From NCBI RefSeq assembly GCF_009914755.1, contig NC_060930.1: a stretch of 64,000 nt of DNA; one strand, written 5' to 3'. The stretch is from the human T2T-CHM13v2.0 reference genome, Homo sapiens. Below are positions 50,654 through 64,000 of the stretch, piece after piece (position 1 is the stretch's first letter; each line of letters opens with the position of its first letter). The notes under the pieces are model-generated. The model ran no database searches. It had not been told where the DNA came from and saw nothing but the letters and a program-made list of their open reading frames with translations. The position numbers and the translations under genes are program-made.

Positions 50654-51060
50654 TTACTTCAAAAGGAGGAATAAAGAAAATATTATAATGTCTTTTGTGA
50701 GAAATACACAATTAACTGCATCAGTTATATTAATACCAAGGATAGGAAGCCTACATACACCGGTTTAGAGGGGCTATTACTTAAGCGACTAAAGGCTATT
50801 GCCTAAGAAATCTGGTTAGGAGGAACAGCTGAAAACTAGGAATCTTTCTAAAGCCGAGGTTGCACATGGGAGTCACCTGGGGAGCTTGTACAATTCCCTC
50901 CACCTAAGCTGCACCCTGGGCTAGCGAAATCCCAGTCTCTGGGGCCGGGGTCCGTTTTCCTTGAAGTTCTGCAGATTCCAGTAGACGATCAGTGTTGAGA
51001 TTTAGTACCCTAACAGGAATGTTTTTTTAATAAAGCAAACAAACTTTTAAAGGCGGCACA

Positions 51061-51539
<479 letters not shown>

Positions 51540-52439
51540 TTAGATCATCCGTGTACAATGTTGAGCACAATGCTAGGTATAGTAAGCATTCAAATGAGAG
51601 ATATTCATATAATAGTTGGACAAGACCAATAATTTCTAGTACGTTCTAAAGTATTGTAATATTGTTATGCTTCCTAATCTATGTTAAGGTATTTCAGAAA
51701 ATTATTTTAACTTTACAAATAAAAAAGATATTTTGTTGCAATTTTAATTTACCTGACGTGTCTTCATGTAGTTGGAATTCATTTCCACTGTAATAGAGGG
51801 CTGCAATGGTGGAATGAATACTTTTTTTTTTTCAGAATTTTGATCTGAGCTGAGTCAAATTGGAGTTAATTTAATGGACAGAGCACACAGGTCTGGGCTT
51901 CAGACCCATGCTGACAGTCAGCTGTATGCCCATGGACAAATAACCATTCTGACCTCAGCTTCATCCTCTGTAAATGAGTCTAATTCAAGAAGCATAAGTC
52001 TACTGATGACTAGCGATGGCATCTCCACCAGCCTCAGCCCTCAAAAATGCAACCAGGAAATAAGTAAGTCCTTTGAGCAGCCAAAATAGATATTTCAAAT
52101 GCCCAACAGTGAGGCCTGTGTCTTTCCCCAGGGAGAGGCCCCGAGCTCTCACTAAGAGCCTATTTACCCTACATGTTTAAAATAAGCTTAATTATTTGGT
52201 TTCTTAGCCCATGGCAAATGGACGGGGGTAGGAGGAGGTGGATGTGACAGCACCAAGGAGCCAGAGGAAAGAACTCCTTAGTAGTCCAATTAATATAAGG
52301 CCATTTGGAAGGGTGAGGACTCACCTTGATCCTCTTGGTAGTTTTTACTTGTGAATTATGGCCCAGAGCAAAACTGAAATCCTTACCGATGAGCCTAAAT
52401 AGCAAGGGAAATTTGTATAATGTTTGCTGTAGTATCTCA

Positions 52440-52772
<333 letters not shown>

Positions 52773-52814
52773 TCATAAAACAGTAAGTTTTTAATTATAA
52801 TGAACTTTGTAAAG

Positions 52815-53165
52815 GTTTTTCATTGTGGGAAGACATACATAACTTAAAACTTATTTTAACCATTTTTACATACATAATTCAGTGGCATTAAGTATATACA
52901 CAATGTTGCCCAACTATGGCCACTGTCCATTTCCAGAACTTTTTCATCATCCCAACACAGAAACTCTGTACCTGTTAAACACTGACTCCCCATTCCCCTC
53001 TCCCCAGCTCCTGGCAACCTCCAGTCTACTTTCTGTCTCTCTGAATTTGCCCACTCTGGATCCCTCATGTAAGTGAAACCTTACAGGATTTGTCCTTTTG
53101 CAGCTGGCTCATTTCACTCAGCATGTTTCCAAGGTTCATTCATGTTGCAACCTGCATCAGGATTT
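52815..53165 (-). mobile_element. L1MB 3' end
   Basis: aattcagtggcattaagtat...ttccagaactttttcatcatccc...cctggcaacc...ctactttctgtctct. Confidence 0.85.
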
Positions 53166-53374
53166 AACTAATTAGAATTACCTTTTAATACTTAGGAAAG
53201 ATTCCTGTACAATAACTGATCCCTTAACCGAGGTAAGATGACACTTTATAAAAACAAAGAATCCTCCTTACTCTGTAAGGGGAGGAGGTTTTATGAAAAT
53301 AATGCAGACATGATGAGAAATTGCCAGCCTCCGTCCAACCCAAAGCAAAACTGAGTGTTAAGATTCTTTATTTT

Positions 53375-53717
<343 letters not shown>

Positions 53718-54479
53718 CTAATGACCAACACCCCTCACCCCCACCCCCGTAAAGTAGACCACTTTAAAAATGGAGAGAGTCTGCTGTTTCAAATGGCAGG
53801 ATCTCGCTGGGGCAGAATCACCCCTGAAGGACATTGTGGGGTGGGTGTGTGTGTGTTGGGAGAGGCAGGGGGAGCCATCCCTTTATACTTTAAAATATTT
53901 TCTTTTGAAAAAAGCCTTTATCTCTTTGGATCCACAAGAAATGTTACAAGTGTCCCTTCAGTTTCATAATGGGGCTTACGGTGATGCCCTTAACCTTTCA
54001 GAAAGCCCGAAGTGGGTGCCTCGTAAGGAGGGGACCTGCCGAGCTGGCCGCCCAGCAGCTGCCGACCATAAATACACAACTGCTGAAAAGACTGCTGCTT
54101 TTGTCTGATTTTCCATAAAGCAGTGGATAAATTACTCAACCCAGGGGTCTGTTTATGGCCTCGTAAATGCTGTTCCAAATGCAAATGCACAGAGAGAAAA
54201 GGGTGAGAGTTAATCTACTTTTGATTAGAGAAGCGTTTCTTGTGCAAAGCGGGAGTGAGGTGGGTGGGAAGAGAGTTAAAAACGAAATGCATAGTTTAGG
54301 GACCTTTGTCATCTTCAAGAGGTGGTGTTGTAAAAAAATGCTGCCCCTGCGACAAAGGCTGGGAGCAAGGGAGGAATGTTGGGCTGGGTCAAGATTCTGT
54401 ACAGCCCTCGCCTCTTAGCTAGAGAGGGAGCAGCGGGGGCACCGTTAACCCTTGCCTTCCTGTGCTCTGCACATTGCTC

Positions 54480-55190
54480 ATTTCTGGGAATTCACTCCAT
54501 GAGGTTGCAGAGTCTACACTCATTAGGTGCTGGGAACACTAAAGCACAGTGCCTACTAACTGTTGATACCAGTTTCAGGGAGAGAAGGAATGACAAAGAT
54601 ATTTTTATAGCACTACATGATGATGACCCTGTGCTTAAAGACTTAGAATACCTGACCCAGACAGGGGACAGGAAGGGTCAGAGGAGGATTCCTGGGAAGA
54701 ATCTTGAAGGATGAATGAGCCAGGTGGTGATGAGCAGGACAGCCAATACTGGCAGTGAGAAAAGAATAGACAATAATAAAACGACATGAGAGGGCAGGGA
54801 ACAGGGACATTCCTGAAAGAGCAGTGAGTGAGTGCCTGTGTTGGTAGAGGTGAGGGAGTTGAGGGGGAGCAAGACAGTGGTCAAAGATGAGCCCAGGAAG
54901 GTCGGGAGGGATTTAAGAGTCCTTGAAGGATTTTACCCAGGAGGCATGACATCAAATTTGCGTTTTAGAAAATCATGTTAGATAGGTTTGAAAAGTTGTG
55001 GGGAATCAGACCCACAGTAGAGAGCTGGGTTAGGATGTCCTTGCAGTAGTCCAGGTGAGAGATGAGAACAAGGTCAAGGCAGCGATGAGAGAGAGGACAA
55101 GTCAGTTTCAAAAAAGATATAGGTGGGAGAGGAGAGGCGGGATTTGTTGTTTGGGTGGTCACAGCAAGAGGGCAAGGGTCTTGGAAACTT
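54480..55190 (-). mobile_element. L2 fragment
   Basis: ttaggtgctgggaacac...gcatgacatcaaatttgcgttttagaaa...gcagtagtccaggtgagagatga. Confidence 0.65.
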
Positions 55191-55210
55191 TTAGATGGCA
55201 TTAGGACTTT

Positions 55211-55515
<305 letters not shown>

Positions 55516-55529
55516 GGCATCAGGACTTT

Positions 55530-55821
55530 TTGTTTTTTTGAGATAGGATCTCGCTCTGTTACCCAGGCTGTAGTCCTGTGGCGTGATCATACCTCGCTGC
55601 AGCCTTGATCTCCTGGGCTCAAGCAACCCTCCCGCCCTAGTTTCCCAAGTAGCTGGGACTACAGATACATGGCACCACGCCTGGCTAGTTTTTTAATTTT
55701 TTTGTGGAGACAGGTCTCACTTTGTTGCCCAGACTGGCTTTGAACTCCTGGCCTCAAACAATCCTTCCGCCTAGGCCTCCCAAAGTGCTAGGACTATAGG
55801 CATGAGCCACCGCGCCTGGCC
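55530..55821 (-). mobile_element. AluJ
   Basis: Antisense dimer, J diagnostics. Confidence 0.92.
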
Positions 55822-57554
55822 GGCATCCAGGACTTTTTATGCACAGGTCTCCCCTGACAATAATCTTCAGACTCTCTGCCAACGTTGATGGTTAGTAATA
55901 AGCTGCTTAAGTAAATTAGCCTTCCTACGGCACTGGTATTGCCAGTGGCAGAGAATGGTGGGGGGATAATTCTTTATTATGATTTATCAGCATATAGAGT
56001 TCATTTACTTTTGAACCCAAAAAGGCTCCAATCTGACCTACCTTGCTGCTCTGGGAAGGAACCTGGGACCTAGACGGCCACACAGCAGGCACCAACACCT
56101 GCACATGTGTGCTGAGCTGCCTTGAATGGACCATGTGTGCAGTTTAACCCCTGGAATGATGAGGAGACACTGGTGGTTGTATTCTTTCTGCTTCACGCTG
56201 AAGCTACGGAGCCTCAGCAAGGAAGTAACTCGCCCAGGGCCTGAGTCCTAGACCCAGACTGCCTGACCTTGAGGCCGATGTGTTTCCCACCTCGCTACAT
56301 CGGGAGCCAGCCCTGCGGCTGAGGCCTTCATGTTGCATCCGGCAGTGCCTTACCCTGTCCTCAGATAAATCCGTCCTGGGAAAGCAAATTTACTTTCCCA
56401 GGACAGTAAATTTAATGTTTTTATTAAAGATTTAATTTTTAATTTAAAAAAATTTATTTTTTTCCATCTTGTGGTAGATAGAAGCTGCATTTACTACAAG
56501 AAAAAGCAGAGGGCACTTCTGTTCAGATTATAAAATTGCTGCTGTGGAAATTCATATCTCTTGAAAAATCACTTATGGAAACCTCGTCCGTAAGAGTCCA
56601 CTCTCTTAGGTTAAAGAGGGAAGAAAATTTTCCCCACATCACCTTTTTCACCCTGTGGGGCATGAATTAGGACCAGGCCTCCTGGACAGTATGACAGAAG
56701 GACATCTTCGTGTTTACCCCCTGGCCCCATGCTCTTTGAGAAAGTCAAGTTTCTGGGGAACATCCCATCACTTTGGCCCACGCACCTTGCAGACACCCTC
56801 CAGCTCCATCTGCACGGTGCCTCTGCCTGCTCCCCTGCAGATCCTCAAGCCTGTGACTGTTTCTGGATCAATACATAACTTTTGGTTAAGATTCTTCTGT
56901 GATGAGATCAACAGCAATATAGTCAGCGAGACAATCAGATATATCCTAAGGGCTCCTCATTGTTTTTGATACAATGAGCGGAATAACTTAGCCATGAGTT
57001 TCCATATTTAGCAGCAGATTACCTAATGTCGCCAGGGTGTAATCACATTCATCTGCCTTGACAAACCGCCCATAAAGAGGTCGGTCCTTGTGTAGATTCT
57101 TTATTTTAATATATACAACTGCATTGCATCGCGACTTTCAAGTAAAATAGCTTGATTTTGAGGGGCATTACCAATCTATGTGACTCAGGAGATGAGAAGT
57201 TGAGCTAATGACTTCCAGCCTTTTCCAGTTAATATTGTCCAGGTAACCCCTGCCTTTTTTGGCTGGCTGAAATTTGATTTTGATTGAGGGTTACAGTTTC
57301 AAGTCATTTAGCACAAATAAGTCAAGGCTTTTGTCTTTAAGGCCTTGTTATCCACCAAATGAACACTGTTTGAGTACGTACTGTATGCAGACCAGTTGCT
57401 GTGAGATAATCTATACTACTGTTCCTGTCTCAGTAAAATTAGATGGGCAAGTGTTCCAACTTATTAAATAAGTCATATAGGTAATTATTGTCCAACACAT
57501 GTTTAAGTAAAGTATATGATAATTGATCATGTGTATGTGGAAAAGCTGTACCTG

Positions 57555-57846
57555 TTTTTGTTTATTTGTTTTAAGATGGAGTCTCGCTCTGTCACCCAAG
57601 CTGGAGTGCAGTGGCTCACTGTAACCTCTGCCTTCCAGGTTCAAGCGATTCTCGTGTCTCAGCCTTCTGAGTAGCTGGGATTACAGGCGCCCACTACCAC
57701 GCCGAGCAATTTTGTTTTTGTATTTTTAGTAGAGACGGGGTTTTACCATGTTGGTCAGGCTGGTCTCGAACTTTGACCTCAGGTGATCTGCCCTCCTTGG
57801 CCTCCCAAAGTGCTGGGATTACAGGCGTGAGCCACCGCACCCCACC
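57555..57846 (-). mobile_element. AluS
   Basis: Antisense dimer with ~10-bp deletion. Confidence 0.92.
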
Positions 57847-58107
57847 TGCTGTAAATGTTTTAATGGGCCATTATTTGGTGTCCTTATTTCAAAATTTCTT
57901 GTTCACTAGAATTAAGAGTCCTCAGGTGAAGTGTGGGTTGTTACTTGATTTCTGAACAGGAAATGTTTTCCTGCAATAATCAATTGCCATTTTGATGTTT
58001 GGTGAAGGCTTTTAAGCCATCAGTGTATTAAAATGGCATGCAGAGCTCATGGATGAAGTGAGAACAGCCCTGATAAAAACCCAGATTGTCTGTGGTGCAC
58101 ACAAGTA

Positions 58108-58136
58108 TGTGTGTGTGTGTGTGTGTATGTGTGTGT
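58108..58136. repeat. Imperfect (TG)n
   Basis: tgtgtgtgtgtgtgtgtgtatgtgtgtgt. Confidence 0.9.
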
Positions 58137-58232
58137 CAGAAGTTACTCTAAGAAGCTTCTTCCTTACACACACTCCTGTGTGAAGTGTTAGAACACCTGC
58201 CACAATCACCTAGCCATAGTGATAGGGATTCT

Positions 58233-59298
58233 TTTTTTCTTCTTCTTCTTCAACATTTAAGTTCCGGGGTACATGTGCGGGATGTGCAGTTTTATTACGT
58301 AGGTAAACATGTCCCATGGTGGTTTGCTGTGCAGATCAACCCATCACCCAGGTATTAAGCCCAATATTCATTAGCTATTCTTCCTGATGCTCTCCCTTCC
58401 CTCACCCCCTCCCAACAGGCCCCAGTGTGTGTTGTTCCCCTCCCTGTGTCCATGTGTTGTTCAGCTCCCACTTACAAGTGAGAACATTTGCTGTTTGGTT
58501 TTCTGTCCCTGAGTTAGGTTGCTGAGGATAACAGCTTCCGGCTCCATCCATGATTTCATTCCTTTTTATGGCTGTATAGTGTTCCATGGTGTATACGTAC
58601 CACATTTTCTTTATCCAGTCTATCATTGATGGGCATTTGGGTTGATTCTATGTCTTTGCTATTGTGAATAGCGCTGCATTGAACATACGCACACATGTAT
58701 CTTTATAATAGAATGATTTATATTCCTTTGGGTATATAGCCAGTAATGGGATTGCTGGGTCAAATGCTATTTCTGCCTCTAGATCTTTGAGGAATCACTA
58801 CAATGGTTAAACTAATTTATCCCACCAACAGTGGAAAAGTGTTCCTTTTTCTCTGCAACCTTGCTAGCATCTGTTTCTTGACTTTTTTTTTTTTTTTTTG
58901 AGACAGAGTTTTACTCTTGTTGCCCAGGTTGGAGTGCAATGGCACGATCTTGGCTCACTGCAACCTCTGCCTCCAGGTTCAAGTGATTCTCCTGCCTCAG
59001 CCTCCCGAGTAGCTGGAATTACAGGCACACACCACCACGCCTGGCTAATCTTGTATTTTTAGTAGAGATGGGGTTTCACCATGTTGGTCAGGCTGGTCTC
59101 AAACTCCTGACCTCAGGTGATCTGCCTGCCTTGGCCTCCCAAAGTGCTGGGATTACAGGCGTGAGCCACCACACCTGGCCATTTCTTGACTTTTTAACAA
59201 TCGTCATTCTGACTAAGCATGAGATGGTATCTTATTGTGGTTTTGATTTGCATTTCTCTAATGATCAGTGGTGTTGAGCTTTTTTTCATATGTTGTCT
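58233..59298 (-). mobile_element. Older L1PA (PA13-16-like) 3' fragment interrupted by an Alu
   Basis: ggggtacatgtgcgggatgtgcag...ttctttatccagtctatcattgatgggc...ttgatttgcatttctctaatgatcagt; degenerate TSD gtgata(g/c)ggat(t/g)ct at 58219 / 59299. Confidence 0.88.
58883..59180 (-). mobile_element. AluSq-like inside L1
   Basis: Antisense dimer; TSD tttcttgacttttt. Confidence 0.94.
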
Positions 59299-60039
59299 GT
59301 GATACGGATGCTCTTCTACACAGCTCCTGAACCTCTTTGTATGTTTCCATTTCAATACGTGAGCATTTTCCTTTGAAGGCTCTCTTCAGAGCTTCCATCT
59401 TTCTCTTCATTTCTGATTTGTCTTCATTTCAGAATGATTCCTAATTCTCTAGAGCTAAAACACCCTGCTTTCCAGGCTCCCCATCATGTCATGATTTCAT
59501 ATTACTTGAAAGTAGCATGGTGCTCAGAGAGCTGATCGAATGCGTCTGCCCTGACTCCCTGTGACTGGTTTGGGGAAGGAGTGTGTTTCTGTGGGACGAG
59601 GTATATAGAGACTTGTCCATAAAGAGGGATCAAGTGGCCCACCGTGTGGTGGCTGGCAAGAAATGGGATGTCTTAAAGGAGTGTAAAGGCATGCATTAGT
59701 GAGAAGGAAGGACGAGAACTCATGAGCCAGTCTTGAACGTGGCAGATGGTTGAAAGCTGGTGTGCTTGGCTGAAGGAAAACATGCCATGGGATGTATACA
59801 TATGAAAACATGAAGGCAGTGGGTACCGCATGTGAATGGGACTGATCCTAATTCAGATATAGCCTGTGATGATCTTGGCAGGTGGGAGGTGCCTAGTCAA
59901 TCAGGGTGGCTGTTTTTGGTTGGCTCCTACCTGACACCTGATAAAAATTACCTTTAACTCTCAAAATTAATCATCAGCAAACCCCTCCTCCTGTTTAAAT
60001 ATACTGTGTTAAGGTATAAAACCTTTGAAGTGACCCTGT

Positions 60040-60268
60040 AGGGTTTCAGTGCCCAGGCTATTGTCAGCAGATCCTGGTTTGAGCATGGCTTGAGGCATTT
60101 ACTCTCTGTGTGACCTCAGGGGAGTGATGGAGCCTTTCTCAGCTTCCGGGAAAATGGGATGAGTGGGACCCGTCTCCTAGGGTTGCGGTGAAGATGAAAT
60201 GAGAGAATGCATATAAAGCAGACAGCTCAGTGCTTAGCAATAAACTTTAAAATAACAACAATGATGAT
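60040..60268 (+). mobile_element. MIR
   Basis: ctgtgtgacctcagg...aaaatggg...agggttgcggtgaagatgaaatgagagaatgcatataaagc. Confidence 0.7.
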
Positions 60269-60269
60269 T

Positions 60270-60560
60270 GCCGGGTGTGGTAGCTTATGCCTATAAGCCC
60301 AGCACTTTGGGAGGCTGAGGTGGGAGGATCACTTGAGGTCAGGAGTCTCCTGGGCAACATAGTGAGACCCTATCTTTACAAAAAAATAGAAAAGTTAGCC
60401 CAGTGTGGTGGTGTGAGCCTATAACCCCAGCTACTGGGAAGGCTGAGGCGGGAGATTGCTTAAGGCAGGATTTCCAGGTTGCAGTGAGCTGTGATCAAGC
60501 CACTGCATTCTCACCTGGATGACAGAGCCAGTCTCTAAACAAAAATAAAGAAAAAAGAGA
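60270..60560 (+). mobile_element. AluJ
   Basis: Diverged dimer; TSD aatgatgat. Confidence 0.88.
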
Positions 60561-61615
60561 AACCAATAATGATGATAAATAGCAGTGAGGAGTTAAAATT
60601 CAGATTATGTAATAATGTACATTTATTTTACTGATTTTTTTCCCCATATTAAAAACCCTTTGGGCTTTACTTAATTTTCCTTAATCACCATGTTTCAAAT
60701 TACACCAGTAGTCCTCTGATTATAATGAAGATGAATCAGTTTCTTATTTTCAGATGCGTCAAGTGTTGCCAAGACATTGCATTCCTCCACCACCTCACCA
60801 GCCATTCCCATTTTCCACTTTAAGGATTATAGCCACATTTAATTGTGTCTGTCTGCTTCCTTACCTGGCCTGGGACCTGGAGAGTAAAAAGGTAGTTTAA
60901 AAAAGAAATAAAAAGCGTGTAAAGTTAACCTGATGACAAGGAAGACAAAGTTGTAGGAAAGGAAGTCAACTGGAGGGATCATTCTCAAAGGAGTGGTTAA
61001 TAAACTTGCTTCAAATTTCTATCTAGTGAATGCCCACAGCAGCCTCATACTGAGCTTTACTCCAGGGGATTCTGGTAAACACGGTGGTGGCCCGTTTTGA
61101 AGACTTTAAAATACATAGTCTTCGAAGACTTTGTATTTACATGCATTCAACAGCACATAGATTATTTCAGAAATGCTTTGCTTTTTTTTTTTTTTTTTTG
61201 GTAGCTAGAAATAATGATAGGATTTACACTATAGAAAAAACAGTAATGGGAGGTTGCAAATAGGTCTGGAAAGATATTTCAGTATGCAACAGGACTTCAT
61301 CATGGCCAACTGTCTACCTCTGTCAGTTTTAGAAGCACTTTGGCATATGAGAACGTTGTCAATGTAATTTGGAAACTGCAATTTCGAAAATAAATATTTA
61401 ACAAGGCAACAAAATTAAGTTTTTCTGCTACGTTATTATTGTAAAAAGGCCTCTTATAAGGACTTTTCTAATTGTTATACCGAAAGGTAATATAAGGAAC
61501 TGATTTTAGTGTTATGTTTATACCAAACTGCTTTTCCATTATTATAACTTTTTTAGGTTTCAGTACATTTATACACATCCACATGAAGTCAATAAATGAC
61601 ATCACTGTGAAGTAA

Positions 61616-62139
<524 letters not shown>

Positions 62140-62658
62140 TAAGACAATTGATTTCGGTAATGATTGTCAGAAGTGTAGGAAAAGATGGGCGTCCTGTTGC
62201 TTTAAGAACTTTAACATATTAATACTAATTCTATTTCTTAATTTCTTGTTCATAGATGTGTTTTTGCTTAAAGTCTTTAAGGGAAAACCAAACAAATATT
62301 CCTAATTGTCTTCAAGCAAAGATGTATTTCTCTTTCTACTCATCATTTCTATTTTTAACAGAATTCCTGTTCCAAGTTTCTTTTTCTGGGAAGAGCTGCC
62401 ACCTCCTGCCCCTTCCTAGGCCCAGCTGGCCCATCTCCTCACTATGAGAAAGCTCACAGCTCTCCCCCTTTCAGGAGGAGGTAGCAAAACAATAGAGGGG
62501 ACTGAACAGGCGCATGTATCATCTGTCACAGCTTAACAAGAAGGCCATTCCTGACATTTTTTACCAATGGTTTATGTACTGCAAGTATTATAGTTGGTAA
62601 ATGAGGCTGAAACCACCCGATATTTTATTCTTTTACTCAGGCATCTCAGAGCCGTTAA

Positions 62659-63171
<513 letters not shown>

Positions 63172-63475
63172 TAGACTGTATGGACCCAGGGAAAACTCTA
63201 TCTCCATAGTAAGAGCTTTTGTATCCAGCCTAATGCAGTGGCCGGAGACCACCATTCCCCAGATCCTGTTTCTTTGGCTGTAACTTCCTCCTCCCTAGGT
63301 GTTCACAGAGAAAGAAGAGAAAAGAGATTCACTTAAGATTGGACTTCTGATACTTTTATCTATAGGCTACAGCAGGACATTTTATTATACCCTGTTCAGT
63401 GGCTTATTTGGAAGAAAGATAAAGGGCTTCTTTCATTTGCAGTGTGTTCTTCTGTACTCTCACAGTACTTTGTAA

Positions 63476-63878
<403 letters not shown>

Positions 63879-64000
63879 TTAACCAATATCTTATCAGTCA
63901 CAATGTTCTGTAAGGGCACTCTTTGTGCAAAGGACAATGGCTGGAAAATCAAACCCATGTTTTTTCTTAGAGCTTGGGCCCTAGCAAGAACAAAATGAGC

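Noticed and set aside
56377-56400. Paired RBPJ (SPS) site in the palindrome
   Set aside because: Cores lack the GTGGGAA context and are 12 bp apart rather than the 15-17 bp of Notch paired sites
58402-58626. ORF resembling L1 ORF2 C-terminus (MIDWIKKMWYVYTMEHY...); also 26017-26265
   Set aside because: Decayed, truncated L1 fragments, not functional genes

Overview
Human (or very close primate) genomic DNA, almost entirely intronic, within the RhoGEF gene PLEKHG1 on the + strand. There is one confident coding exon: 34139-34647 (AG acceptor at 34137-38, ATG at 34237, GAG|GTAAGA donor). It encodes residues 1-137 ([17 protein letters not shown]...[24 protein letters not shown], the start of the DH domain). 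The next exon is not seen before base 64000. A candidate alternative first exon/promoter lies at about 21620-21770. The rest is repeat-rich: about 46 Alu copies or fragments (including young AluY, AluYa-type and an atypical AluYb-type copy), L1 and L2 fragments, MIRs, MaLR LTRs, hAT/Tigger DNA transposons and microsatellites. Almost all ORFs in the supplied track are Alu/L1 or chance ORFs. I found no convincing new multi-gene system. The best leads are (1) the reading-frame design of the 509-nt exon (uORF at its first base, a frame open for N-terminal extension, and a back-splice that would give a 149-aa protein ending in CHQL), (2) the candidate upstream exon, and (3) several unusual retrotransposon structures. 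Repeat subfamily names and boundaries were assigned by eye and are approximate.
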